DNA of 63,789 nt, counting the filler, from Chiloscyllium plagiosum (taxonomy: Eukaryota), in assembly GCF_004010195.1 (NCBI RefSeq). It is 5 parts of 5 records of this genome, joined end to end, with 100 filler letters (N's around TTAATTAATTAA, not from the genome) between each part and the next. Parts side by side here need not be neighbours in the genome. Positions count along the whole stretch, not along the records: positions 1 to 17,697 come from NW_025212804.1; positions 17,798 to 38,502 come from NW_025214614.1; 3 more parts are not named here. One strand, 5' to 3'. A program made the position numbers and the translations under genes. Under the pieces are notes generated by a model. That model saw only the letters and a program-made list of their open reading frames with translations. It was not told where the DNA came from and did no database searches. Below, piece after piece: positions 12,110 through 23,934 of the stretch (the first letter of the stretch is position 1; every line of letters begins with the position of its first letter).

Positions 12110-12690
12110 TCCTATTCATATACCCATCCAAATGCCTTTTAAATGTTATCATACCAGCCTCCACCACTTCCTCTGGCAGCTCATTCCAAAAATGTACCAC
12201 CCTCGGCAGGGATAAGTTTTGCCTTAGTTCCCATTTAGATCGTTCTCCTGATACTTTCCACCTCTGCCCTCTAGTTCTGGACTCCTTCACTCTGACCAAA
12301 ATATCTTCTTGTTTCACTTGATCAATGCCCCTCATGATGTTAGAAACCTCGATATGGTCATCCCTCAGCCTCCAGCGATCCAGAGAAAATAGCCTCAGCC
12401 TATTCAGCCTCTCCCAATCACTCCAACCCTCCAACTTGGCAACATCCTTGGAAATCTTTTCTGAACCATTTTAAGGTTCCCAACATTTTTCCTACAGCAG
12501 GGAGGCCAGAATTCCACACAGTATTCCAAAAGGGGCCAAACTAATGTCCTATACAGGTGCAACAGCTCCTAACTCCAATACTCCTAGCTCCAACTCCAAT
12601 GCATTGCCCAATATAGGAAAGCAAACCAAATGACTTCGTCACCCCCCTCCCCCCCCCTACCTACCTGCAACTCCACTTTCAAGGAACTAA
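12110..12690 (-). mobile_element. CR1 LINE 3' fragment
   Basis: RLNRLRLFSL...VVHFWNELPEEVVEAG...FKRHLDGYM; paralogous to 37570-38170. Confidence 0.8.
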
Positions 12691-13271
12691 CCTTTTTTGG
12701 GATGAACTGGGAGTCTTTCAGTTGTGCTTTTCCTAATCACCTTGTTCAGAAACAAACATCTTGCTTTCACTCTCAACTAAAAATAAGATAAAGGAGGTGA
12801 TGATTTAATAGTACTATTGCTGAGCTGTTCATCCAGAGATCCAGATTAATGTTCTGGGGACCAGGGTTAGACTCCTGCCACAGCAGATGGTGGAATGTGA
12901 ATTCAATAAAAAAATCTGCAATTAAGAGGCTAATGATGACCATGAAACAATTGTTGATTGTCAGGAAAAAGCCATCTGATTCCCTGATGTCCTTTAGGGG
13001 AGGAAACTGCCATCCTTACCATGTGACTCCAGACCCACAGCAATGTGGTTGACTCTAAACTGCCCTCTGGGTGATTAGGGATGGGCAATAAATGCTGATC
13101 CTATCAGTGACACTCATATCCCAAGAAGCAATTTAAACAATGCCTGTATATTTATGGGGTTTGTTAGGTATTGGCTACAAATGTTCAAACGGATTGTTTT
13201 GCCAGTGAATGTTCAGAGAGTTAAAATTCCTTTGAATAGCAGGGATTAAAATTGTTTCTCTTGTCTTTCAG

Positions 13272-13600
13272 GTCATGAGAACTCTCAGCCCAAGCTGACC
13301 TTGCTTCCCCCGTCCCTGGAGCAGGTCAATGCCAAGGGCACTGCCACCCTGGTGTGCCTTGCCAATCACTTCTATCCCGATGAGCTGGAGGTGCAGTGGA
13401 AGAAGGATGGTGCAGTCATTTCGGACGGGGTTCAGACCAGCAACTACCTGCGAGCTTCAGACAGCACCTACAGTGTCAGCAGCCTGCTGACCCTCTCTGG
13501 GTCTGACTGGGAGTCCAACGCTCGCTTCTCCTGTGCCCTCATCCACGTGACTCTCCCCTTTCCCCTCAACAAGAGCATCAGGAGATCAGAATGTGTGTAG
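13272..13600 (+). CDS. IGKC: Ig kappa light-chain constant exon C1 (intact)
   Basis: Acceptor tttcag at 13266-13271, then (S)HENSQPKLTLLPPSLEQVNAKGTATLVCLANHFYPDELEVQWKKDG...STYSVSSLLTLS...RFSCAL...KSIRRSECV*. Both domain Cys and the C-terminal Cys are present; phase matches the J donor. Confidence 0.95.
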
Positions 13601-14126
13601 AGTGTTGGAGACAGTCCACAGAGGAGACACAACTTTAAAAAGAACAGGGCTGAGCTGGCAGGGCAAAGGTCATTGTCAGCACTGAATTTCAAGTCTCTTC
13701 CATCTCATGACTGGCTCAGAGACATTTCCGAGTTTCAGGGGTTATGGCAGTTCATTAGGATACTGTAGATAGAGCTTTACACTATGTCAAACCCCATGCA
13801 GTTCCTGTTCTGGGAGTGTTTGATGGGGACAGAGTTGACTTGTGATGCCAAGTAAAATCCCTTGAAGTTGCTGGAGACTGTCAGCTGTACAAAACAATGT
13901 GAACCTCAGAATTCTCTGCTTCAGTAAACAAGATCTCCTTCCTGCTCAGCTGCCACTTCCAATTTAAGGTTTTGTCACAGTTTGAAGGGACAGGATTCTC
14001 ATGTTATTGAGAAAACCTCCACAAGTGTTTTCCTCAAGCTCCAATGTGGCTGTGAATTTGTGCCTTTTCCTCTGACTGGGCTGTTAATTGCAGTCTGTTT
14101 TCTGTCAATGTCAGTCTGGAAAAGCG

Positions 14127-14132
14127 AATAAA
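14127..14132 (+). terminator. Polyadenylation signal of C1
   Basis: AATAAA about 530 nt after the stop, followed by a GT-rich tract; same position in the orphan C (55802-55807, -). Confidence 0.75.
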
Positions 14133-14354
14133 GATGAAGAATTTTCAGTCTCTGTCTCTGTGTGCGTTGGAGATTGACCACTCCATTCAGCTGATTGGCT
14201 GCAGTTCAGCATGGCATTGTCACAATTGGCTGATTGGCCTGTCAATCAATGATACATCCGTTGTAGAGCATACTGACAGCCAATCATCAATCACTTTCAA
14301 ATGATCCCTTTGATCTGGAATCATTGGAGGTTACAAGATTCCAAAGAGATCTCC

Positions 14355-15665
14355 ATTAATGACCACCTGAACCATCTCTGACACCTCCCTCCCTTCCTGG
14401 ACCTCTCCATCTCCATTAATGATGAGCGATTTGACACTGACATTTTTTACAAACCCACCGACACCGAGGATTCCACCTCTTCCCAACCTACCTCTTGCAA
14501 AAATGCCATCCTGTATTCCCAATTCCTCCGCCTCCACCATATTTGCTCCCAGGAGGACCAGTTCCACCACAGAACACACCAGATGGCCTCCTTCTTTAGA
14601 GACCGCAATTTCCCTTCCCACGTGGTCAAAGATACGCTCCAACGCATCTCGTCCACATCCCACCCCTCTGCCCTCAAACCCCACCCCTCCAACCGTAACA
14701 AGGACAGAACCCCCATGGTGCTCACCCTACCAACCTTCGCATAAACCACATCATCCGACGACATTTCAGCCACCTCCAAACGGACTCCACCACCAGGGAT
14801 ATATTTCCCTCCCCACCCATTCCTGCTTTCCGCAAAGACTGTTCCCTCCGTGATTATCTGGTCAGGTCCACGCCCCCCAACAACCCACCCTCCCTTCCTG
14901 GCACCCTCCCCTGCCACCGCAGGAATTGCAAAACCTCTGCCCACACCTCCTCCCTCACCTCCATCTAAGGCCCCAAAAGAGCCTGCCACATCCATCAAAT
15001 TTTTACCAGCACAACCACCAATATCATTTATTGTATCCGTTGCACCCGATGCAGTCTCCTCTAAATTGGGGAGACTGGACGCCTCCTAGCAGAGCGCTTT
15101 AGGGAACATCTCCGGGACAACCACACCAATCAACCCCACTGCCCTGTGGCCCAACATTTCAACTCCCCCTCCCACTCTGCCCAGGACATGCAGGTCCTGG
15201 GCCTCCTCCACTGCCGCTCCCTCACCACCCGACGCTTGGAGGAAGAACGCCTCATCTTCCCCCTCGGAACACTTCAATCCCATGGCATCAATGTGGATTT
15301 CACCAGTTTCCTCATTTCCCCTTCCTCAACCTCACCCCAGCTCCAAACTTCCAGCTCAGCACCATCCTCATGACCTGTCCTACCTACTTATCTTCCTTTC
15401 CACCTATCCACTCCACCATCCTCTCTGACCTATCACCTCCATCCCCACCCCCATTCACCTATTTTACTCTATGCTATTTTCTCCCCAAACCCGTCTCATT
15501 TATCTCTCCACTCTGCAGGCACCCTACCTCTATTCCTGATGAAGGGCTTTTGCCCGAAACATTGATTTTCCTGCTTCTCGGATGCTGCCTGACCTGCTGT
15601 ACTTTTCCAGCACCACTCTGATCTAGACTCTGGTTTCCAGCATCTGCAGTCCTTGTTTTTACCTA
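14355..15665 (+). mobile_element. Degenerate Penelope-like element with 3' terminus
   Basis: Frameshifted RT-thumb/GIY-YIG pieces (AQHFNSPSHSAQDMQVLGL...RRLEEERLIF); terminal ctgatgaagggcttttgcccgaaac hammerhead core near 15536. Confidence 0.85.
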
Positions 15666-15799
15666 GAAACAGAAAGCTGTTAGGACTCAATAATTACAAT
15701 CTTAGGCATTCCCTCCTCACTCTGTGGTCCAGGCTCAGGTGCTGGGATTGCACTCTGCACTCTTTGCTGCAAGCTGTGTTATACCTGAAATAATCTGAG

Positions 15800-16295
15800 G
15801 CCAATCTGCAGGCTGCGTGTCCCTCTGAGTGCAGGTGTATTACATAATGCTGCCTGTAGGTGTCATTCTGAGTGTGGGTGTGCTATTCAGAGAGACTCCT
15901 ACAGGCAGCATGGAGTGTGAGCATGTTACTCAGTGCTGCCTGACTCTCTGAGTGTATGTGTTACTCAGTGTTGCCTGTAGGTGTCTCTGTATGTGCGTGT
16001 GTGTGTTATTCTGCACTGGCTGTAGGCAATGCAATGATTTGGAGATGCCGGTGTTGGACTGGGGTGTACAAAGTTAAAAATCACACAACACCAGGTTACA
16101 GTCCAACAGGTTTAATTGGAAGCACACTAGCTTTCGGAGCACCGCTCCTTCATCAAGGGAGTATCCTCCACAACCACCTGATGATGGAGTGACTATAACC
16201 AGGTGTTGTGTGATTTTTAACTTTGTATCTCAATGAGTGGGAGTGTGTTACTCTGTGCTGTCTGTCGGTGTCTCTGAGGTATTTGTCTCTGAGTG
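15800..16295. repeat. Degenerate ~36-38 bp tandem repeat interrupted by an inverted-repeat element
   Basis: Recurrent tgttactcagtg(c/t)tgcctgtaggtgtctctgagtg units on both sides of 16030-16230. Confidence 0.55.
16067..16227. mobile_element. Inverted Penelope-type termini (37-bp inverted arms) with hammerhead-like core
   Basis: 16067-16103 is nearly the reverse complement of 16191-16227; minus strand reads tgatgaaggagcggtgctccgaaagcta. A second half-copy lies at 16405-16490. Confidence 0.65.
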
Positions 16296-16454
16296 ATAGG
16301 TAGAGAATGGGCTTTGTGATGGGGATTGAAGATTAGGCTCTAATGTTGTCAAATCTCGGAAGAAAAACAATTCAGTCTGACATGGCAGCTCATTGAGGTG
16401 GCCAAGGTTAAAAATCACACAACACCAGGTTATAGTCCAACAGGTTTCTTTGGA

Positions 16455-16492
16455 AGTACAAGCTTTCGGAGCACTGCTCCTTCATCAGGCAG
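16455..16492 (-). ncRNA. Minimal hammerhead ribozyme motif (Penelope-associated)
   Basis: CUGAUGA-A-GGAGC-AGU-GCUCC-GAAAGCU on the minus strand. Confidence 0.55.
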
Positions 16493-17269
16493 CTAGTGGG
16501 ACAGGATCATAGTTCACAGCATTCACAGTGAAATTGAGATGGCAGCTGAGAAAGGTGAATACTGAGAGTGCATTCTCAGTAAGGGAGGGATTTCAGAGGC
16601 AGTGCACACTGTGCTCCCTAATGTGCTCCCCAATTACAAGGGGACTTTCTGGAGCCGGGGTCATTGCAGTAGTGGCTGTCTGCTCAGCCAATGCTGACTA
16701 GCCATAGTCGTATTTCAATGGTCAATTAGCTCGAAACTAGATACAGCAATATTGCCTTACAGGGAGGAGAGCAGTGAGTGAGGTTGAATTCTTGCAGCTC
16801 CAAATGGGAGTTCAGTGGATTAATGAAGGGTGCTACCACCACAAAGGTGCCACCTTCACTCCCCCTGCCTCAGCTGTGGTAACCCTCAGGTTAAACACAC
16901 CACCAGTCATCTCTGTCTGTAATGAGCGAGTGGGACTATGCTCCTCTGGGATGATATCCACTTTCCTGGGAGCTGGAGGGAAGGAGAAAGTGAAGACTGC
17001 AGATGGTGGAGATCAGAGTCAAGAGTGTGTTTCTGGGAAACCACAGCAGGTCAGGCAGCATCCGAGGAGCAGGATAATCAATGGTTTGGGCATAAGCTCT
17101 TCATCAGGAATGGAGGGAAGGCCAACCTCGCCCAAAGGCAGCACAGGCTGGATCGAAGGGGCATCAAGAGTAAGCATGGGGAGAATTAGGTTGACAGAAG
17201 GAGGGGGTTGGTTGGCAGGTTGTTATTCAGAGTCAGGTACCAGAGTATCAGTCCTTCTGATGCTCCCCT

Positions 17270-17697
17270 TTTTATCTTTTTTTCTTTTTTATTCCACCTA
17301 AGTGCGGTAGTGCTTATTTTTTCCCCAGCACCCATGGTGTGTGTGTGCAGGTGTGAGACACAGTGAAAGACACAAAGTGCATGAGTGTTTATTCAATTTC
17401 CACCACCAGGAAGATAGGAAAACACCCGAGTGGCCAGTGACAAACACTGCACTTCACATCAAAGGGCAATGCTGTGTGATCAAAACAGTGAAGGGGAGGG
17501 TAGGGACTAAATCAAAATAGAGTTGGAGGGGGAAATAATGCACTCCACTCCCTGCGGCGCCCACCTCTCCCTGAACAACTCCAGGGTGTTGGTGGACACC
17601 GCGTGCTCCTTCTCCAAGGACACCCGGGCTCTAACATAACCGCGGAAGAGGGGCAGGCAGTCGGCCCTAACGACCCCCCCCACGGCCCGCTGCCTGG
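17270..17697 (-). mobile_element. 3' end of an L1/Tx1-like LINE with A-rich tail
   Basis: Minus strand ends ...LPLFRGYVRARVSLEKEHAVSTNTLELFRERWAPQGVEC...*, then AATAAA and an A-rich tail at 17270-17292. Confidence 0.55.
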
Positions 17698-17797
17698 NNN
17701 NNNNNNNNNNNNNNNNNNNNNNNNNNNNNNNNNNNNNNNNNTTAATTAATTAANNNNNNNNNNNNNNNNNNNNNNNNNNNNNNNNNNNNNNNNNNNN
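17698..17797. other. Scaffold gap with artificial TTAATTAATTAA linker (also 38503-38602, 51805-51904, 57690-57789)
   Basis: Identical N44-TTAATTAATTAA-N44 blocks, a six-frame stop linker marking joins of unknown size. Confidence 0.9.
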
Positions 17798-19380
17798 AGG
17801 TATTAATCAATGGGATTGGTGGAGAATATATTCCACTTCAATTGTATAAAGTGCAACTGGAATGTGATTTGTTATCAGGAGAAGTAATTGTCGGAGTGGG
17901 GAAAACATTCCCTGTTGAGGGAGTCGATTTCCTTCTGGGGAATGATTTGTCAGGACTAAAGGCAGTAACTTCCCCGATAATTACAGAATGGCCAAAGGAG
18001 GTTCAAGAAACAGAACAATGACAGGAACAGGTTTCTGGTCTCTCTCCTTCGTGTGAGGTAACCAGGGCAATGGTTAAACAAAATCCATCAATAAGGGTTG
18101 GGTGTGACACCACAGGCAAATTAAAGAATCGCTGAAACTTTCCGAAAGGGTAAAGATAATCCAGGTGGAGTGTTTGCTATGATGTCCCTAATTACAGCAG
18201 ATCCAAAAAGCAGATCCTGAATGAAATAAATGAGCACAGTCAGCTCATACTGAGGTCGAAGCTGGAGGGGTTTCAGAGTGTTATTACCTTCAGATCGCTG
18301 AAACTTTCCGAAAGGGTGAAGATAATCCAGGTGGAGTGTTTGCTATGATGTCCCTAAATACAGCAGATCCAAAAAGCAGATCCCGAATGAAATGAATGAG
18401 CACAGTCAGGTCATACTGAGGTCGAGGCTGGAGGGGTTTCAGAGTGTTATTACCTTCAGAGTGGAGGCTGATGAGGAAGTGGAGACGGCCCACCCCCTCC
18501 CCATGGACCCCCAGATGAAGAATGGTCGGTTAGATATTGGCTAGTGGTACCACCCAGCTATCATAAGGAGATAGTACAAGGGGCACATGAGAGTCCCATG
18601 GCTGGCCACATGGGGATTAGGAAAACACAGGCATCCAGAAACAGGTATTTTACTGAGCCACAATTGGATGAAGATGTGGTGCAGTTTATAAAATGTGTCC
18701 TACTTGTCAAGTTGTAGGTAAACCTCAACATAAAACAAGCATCCTTAATTCCTCTCCCAGTTTTTGAGGAAAACTGTCATGTACAGGCTTTCAAGTAGTG
18801 AGTATAATGGAGCAGGGGATCAGAAAAAACTTGAGATCAAAAAAGAACTGGACAATTCCCAAAGTAAACTTCCTGTTATTAGATGGACAAATTCAGAGGT
18901 ATTAGAGAATTCAGACACTGTATTTTTGTATCTGGAAAAAGATCAACAGGTAGATTTAAAGTTTGTGTGAAGATTTGTAGCTCGGGTGCTCGGTAGATTT
19001 AGTGAGGTTGCTCAGAAAATACAAAGATGTTTGTATGAGGAGTCATTGAGGACTTTGGTTCTGTACTTGATGGAGTTTAGAAGGATAAGAGGGAATGTCA
19101 TTGAAACTTACAGAATACAGAGAGGCCTGGATCGAGTGGACATGGAGAAGATGTTTCCAATAAGAGGAGAGTTGAAGACCCAAGGGCACAGCCTCAGAGT
19201 GAAGAGACAATCTTTTGTTCTTGTCAAAAATTGATTTGTTAAAAGAATGTTGACAAGAACTCACTGGTAACTAGAACTAAGCGAGTTTCTGTATTTATCA
19301 CACCTAATGGGTTATACCCAATGGCAAGTTTTGCTATTTGGACTTAGCAACGTTCCAGTCACATTTGAATGGTTATTGTG
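17798..19380 (+). mobile_element. Decayed Gypsy LTR retrotransposon pol, Gmr1-like order (PR-IN-RT)
   Basis: Protease C-terminus (VLINGIGG...GVDFLLGNDL, 17800-17950); integrase Zn finger (LVVPPSYHKEIVQGAHESPMAGHMGIRKT...TCQVVGKP, 18541-18725); RT motif (FITPNGLY..WQVLLFGLSNVPVTF, ~19294-19370). 166-bp tandem duplication at 18128-18459; CR1 piece at ~19020-19210. Confidence 0.7.
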
Positions 19381-19755
19381 AAAGTGAACAAGGTCACACT
19401 CCCCACATTACAGTCCAACTCCCCAATATTTCTCCAAAGCCCAGCTGTATCTAATATTCAGCAGGATGGACCTTCACTGGGAAAGAGCCATTTGTAACTA
19501 GAATAATGACACATCTCTGAGAATCACATTAATAACCTCTTTTATTGAAGCTTTCATAAGTTCTGTGTTGATTGACACAATGCTCTGGTTTGGGCTTTGC
19601 TGTCTGTACAAACCATCTGTAATGTCTTTGCTGCAATGGTTCACATTTCCATCTTCAAACTCACACTCCAAATATCCCGTCATTATTATCCATGGGATTC
19701 ACTGGAATTGGCTCAGATCAGACTCCCAGCAGCTCAAATGGAGAGAGGGGTGGGG

Positions 19756-19758
<3 letters not shown>

Positions 19759-19792
<34 letters not shown>

Positions 19793-19820
19793 TTCAAAGA
19801 GAGAGAGAGAGAGAGAGCCA
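19759..19820. repeat. (GA)n microsatellite
   Basis: Directly visible. Confidence 0.9.
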
Positions 19821-20153
19821 GAGAACTGAGAGAGTGGGGGAGAGAGCTTGGAGAGGGAAAGAAGGGTGGAATTCAAAGTGAGATCTGTGCAGCTGAGGCG
19901 GGGTGGGGGTGGTAGGTGGNNNNNNNNNNNNNNNNNNNNNNNNNNNNNNNNNNNNNNNNNNNNNNNNNNNNNNNNNNNNNNNNNNNNNNNNNNNNNNNNN
20001 NNNNNNNNNNNNNNNNNNNNNNNNNNNNNNNNNNNNNNNNNNNNNNNNNNNNNNNNNNNNNNNNNNNNNNNNNNNNNNNNNNNNNNNNNNNNNNNNNNNN
20101 NNNNNNNNNNNNNNNNNNNNNNNNNNNNNNNNNNNNNNNNNNNNNNNNNNNNN

Positions 20154-20297
20154 TATGAAGAGATCGAGGGCGGGTAAGAGGCCAGCACGGGGTGTCCAGG
20201 TGGATGGGGTGTGTTGGAGGTGGGAGAAGGGGTCGTCAGAGGGTGGGCGAGAGTCTTGGTTGAAGAAGTAGGCGCGGAGGCGAAGGTGGCGGAAGAT
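20154..20297 (-). mobile_element. Penelope ORF N-terminal fragment
   Basis: Minus strand reads FRHLRLRAYFFNQDSRPPSDDPFSHLQHTPSTWTPRAGLLPALDLFI. Confidence 0.6.
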
Positions 20298-20580
20298 GCT
20301 GCCTCACAGCGCCAGAGAACTGGGTTCAATTCCCGCCTCAGGCGACTGACTGTGTGGAGTTTGCACATTCTCCCTGTGTCTGCGTGGGTTTCCTCTGGGT
20401 GCTCCGGTTTCCTCCCACAGTCCAAAGATGTGCAGGTCAGGTGAATTGGCCATGCTAAATTGCCCGTAGTGTTAGGTAAGGGGTAAAGGTAGGGGTATGG
20501 ATGGGTTGCGGGTCGGTGTGGACTTGTTGGGCCGAAGGGCATGTTTCCACAGTGTAAAGTAATCTAATCTAAAAAAAAAA
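20298..20580 (+). mobile_element. HE1-like SINE
   Basis: gctgcctcacagcgccagag...gggttcaattcccgcc, SINE core, aatct tail and poly-A. Confidence 0.85.
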
Positions 20581-20584
20581 TTAC

Positions 20585-21985
20585 TGTGTTCAGGACTTTC
20601 GTATCCTCTTCAAAAAAGTTCAATGAGATTTTTTCAGCGTGACCAACTTGTCACGAATCCATGCTGACTCTCCCTGATTAACTGACCATTTTCAAGGTCT
20701 TCAGTTACCTCCAATCCTTGATTATAGATCCCAACAATTTCCACACCACAAATATTGGCTTAGTGACCTGTAATTTCCTGGTTTTTCTCTCACATCCTTG
20801 TTAAATGTGATGTGACATTTGCAATTTTCCAATCCGAGGTATGACTGCTGTATCCAGGGAACTCTGAAAGATTATAGCTGGAAATGTGTTGCTGGAAAAG
20901 CGCAGCAGGTCGGGCAGCATCCAAGGAGCAGGAGAATCGACGTTTCGGGCATGAGCCCTTCGTCAGGAATCATTCTGAAAGATTATAGTCAGGGTGTCTA
21001 CACTGTGATCTGTTACTACCTTTATCACCTTCAGATGGAAACCCAGGTTCTGTGAATTTGTCACTCTTTAGTTCCATTAATTTCCTCATTACGGATATTT
21101 TACTGACATTAAAGTTTAATTCAGTCCCTGTCCCTGATCCTCTGTTAATTCCTTTGGGACTTCAGGCAAATCCTTTTCCTTTTCTACTGCAAAACTTAAG
21201 GTAAAGTATTTATTTAAAATGGCTGTCATCTCCCCATTGTCACTGACAAGGTCCCTCACTTTCAGTCTTTAATGGCCAACATTGCTCCTGACCTCCCAGC
21301 TTCCCTTTTATGGAACTGTAACATTTCTCCTTATTGATTTTGATTTCCCTTACATGTTCCCTTTCAGAATCCCTTTTGGTGGCCCTTAGAAGCTGCTTTG
21401 TGGCCCTTTGTATCTTTCCCATTCAGCAAAACCTGTTATTTTAGTTGCTTTATTGTAAGCCCTTGTTTTTAGTTTTATTCTTTCCCTAATCTCTTTCATT
21501 GTCCATTGTTGTTTGTTCTAAGAAGTGGACCTTTTCCCTTTCAGGTATAAACTGGTTTTGTTTCTGGTTGAATATTTCTTTAAACATTCCCCACTGCTCT
21601 TCAGTTGTTTTACCCATGAGCAGATTTTCTGTCTCATCTCGTTAAAGTTGGCCCTTACCTTAATCTTAAACTCTAGCAGCTGATTCATGCTTTTCACTTT
21701 CAAATGTGACATTGAACTCGATCGTGTTATGATCACTATTTGATAAATGTTCATGCACAAATAGTTACTAACTAAATCTGGCTCATTATTCATTACTAAT
21801 TCCAATATTGCTTGTCCCCCCCCTTGTTGTATCCAGGACCTATTGCTGTTGGAAACTATTCTGGACACACAGCAGCAATTCACTACCTTTCTGACAGAGC
21901 ACTTTCCTCTCTCCCAATCTAAGTTAAAGTTAAACTTCCCCATTAATAATACACTGGCTTTGCTACACACTTGTCTAATTTCTGT
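20585..21985 (-). mobile_element. Old CR1 LINE ORF2 fragment (endonuclease to RT)
   Basis: LMGKFNFNLDWE and AILELVMNNEPDLV motifs; heavily decayed. Confidence 0.6.
20878..20973 (-). mobile_element. 96-bp Penelope-terminus insertion carrying a hammerhead motif, 15-bp target-site duplication
   Basis: tctgaaagattatag at 20863-20877 and 20974-20988; minus strand CUGACGA-A-GGGC-UCAU-GCCC-GAAACGUC. Confidence 0.75.
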
Positions 21986-22729
21986 ANNNNNNNNNNNNNN
22001 NNNNNNNNNNNNNNNNNNNNNNNNNNNNNNNNNNNNNNNNNNNNNNNNNNNNNNNNNNNNNNNNNNNNNNNNNNNNNNNNNNNNNNNNNNNNNNNNNNNN
22101 NNNNNNNNNNNNNNNNNNNNNNNNNNNNNNNNNNNNNNNNNNNNNNNNNNNNNNNNNNNNNNNNNNNNNNNNNNNNNNNNNNNNNNNNNNNNNNNNNNNN
22201 NNNNNNNNNNNNNNNNNNNNNNNNNNNNNNNNNNNNNNNNNNNNNNNNNNNNNNNNNNNNNNNNNNNNNNNNNNNNNNNNNNNNNNNNNNNNNNNNNNNN
22301 NNNNNNNNNNNNNNNNNNNNNNNNNNNNNNNNNNNNNNNNNNNNNNNNNNNNNNNNNNNNNNNNNNNNNNNNNNNNNNNNNNNNNNNNNNNNNNNNNNNN
22401 NNNNNNNNNNNNNNNNNNNNNNNNNNNNNNNNNNNNNNNNNNNNNNNNNNNNNNNNNNNNNNNNNNNNNNNNNNNNNNNNNNNNNNNNNNNNNNNNNNNN
22501 NNNNNNNNNNNNNNNNNNNNNNNNNNNNNNNNNNNNNNNNNNNNNNNNNNNNNNNNNNNNNNNNNNNNNNNNNNNNNNNNNNNNCTTTGTGCTCCCCCAG
22601 CCTGAATGGCCTCCTGGCCCACGGTGCAGTGGTTTTCTTTCATTCATTCATAGGATATGGGCATCTCTGGCCAAGCCAGCATTTCCTGCCCATAGGGCAG
22701 TTAACAGACAACCACATGGAATCATAGAA

Positions 22730-23070
22730 TCATAGGTTCCATACAGTGTGAAACAGGCCATTCAACCCCATGAGTCCACACCAACATTCTGAGGAGCATC
22801 CCACTCAGATCTATCCCCGTATCCCAGCATCTCCTATGGTTAACGCACCTAATCTACACATCCCTGAACACTATGGGTAATTTAGCATGGCCAATCCATC
22901 TAGCTTGCACATCTTTGAATTGTGGGAGGAAACCAAAGCACCTGACAGAAACCCATGTAGACATCGGGTGAACATGCAAACTCCACACAGACGATCGCCC
23001 TAGAGTGAATCAAACTCGGGACCCTGGCACTGAGAGGCAGCAGTGCTAACCACTGAGTCACAATACCACC
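22730..23070 (-). mobile_element. HE1-like SINE, diverged
   Basis: Reverse-complement SINE core (gtgggaggaaacc...gcaaactccacacag...cagtgctaaccactg). Confidence 0.7.
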
Positions 23071-23427
23071 CATTGCTGTGTGTCTGGAGTCACATGTAAG
23101 GCCGGGTAAGGATGACAGATTTTCTCCTCTAAAGGTTATTAGTGAACTGAATGAGTTTTCTCCACAATCAACAATGGATTAACACTCACCATTAGACTCT
23201 TAATTCCAGAACCATTCTTGAATCCAAATTCCACTGTCTGCCATGGCAGGATTTGACCCCAGGACCCCAGAACATTAGCTGAGTTTCTGGATTAATAGTC
23301 CAGCGATAATACCAATGGCCATTGTCTCCCCCTGTGTTAGCCCAGCTAATGGTGTCAAAATTGGCCTTTCCCCTGTTTTGACACTTAATTTCTGCTCTAT
23401 CATTATCTCTTTACTTAATATAAGTAA

Positions 23428-23740
23428 AGGGTGGCACAGTGGCTCAGTGGTTAGCACTGCTGCCTCACAGCACCAGGGTCCCAGGTTCGATTCCGGTCTT
23501 GGACAACTGGCTGTGTGGAGTTTGCACGTTCGCCCTGTGCCTGCATGGGTTTCCTCTGAGTACTCCGGTCCCCTCCCACATTCCAAAGATGTGCAGGTCA
23601 GGTGAATAGCCCATGTTAAATTGTCCATGGTTGATAGGTACATTAGTCAGACGAGGGTGGGTTACTCTTTGGAGGGTTGGTGTGTGGACTTATTGGGCTG
23701 CATGACCTGTTTCCACACTGTAGAGAATCTAATCTAATCT
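23428..23740 (+). mobile_element. HE1-like SINE
   Basis: tRNA-like head gtggctcagtggttagcactgctgcctcacagc, core and aatct tail. Confidence 0.8.
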
Positions 23741-23934
23741 TAATGACTTTGAACCTGATAGAGTTATGGTCACTATCGCCAAAATGCTCCAAATCACGCT
23801 TGCCCATTCTGCAGTGTATCCGCAATAGTTTCCAACCGCAATCCTTTTCCTCATTGACACAGGGAGCAAGTACCTCATTCCTGGTGGAAAAGGAGCTGAG
23901 GCTCCTACAATACTAAATTCAGACTGCATCAACC

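Larger units (their letters stand above)
1..13019 (+). repeat. Segmental duplication copy A (Ig kappa cluster 1), paralogous to 25885-38502
   Basis: Position 1 (gcattttaacccagcaaggctgagg) recurs at 25885; colinear similarity including shared LINE/SINE fragments continues to 13019 vs 38502. Confidence 0.93.

Noticed and set aside
17742-17753. Palindromic TTAATTAATTAA recurring four times (17742, 38547, 51849, 57734)
   Set aside because: Always centred in a 100-bp N block; an artificial six-frame-stop scaffolding linker.
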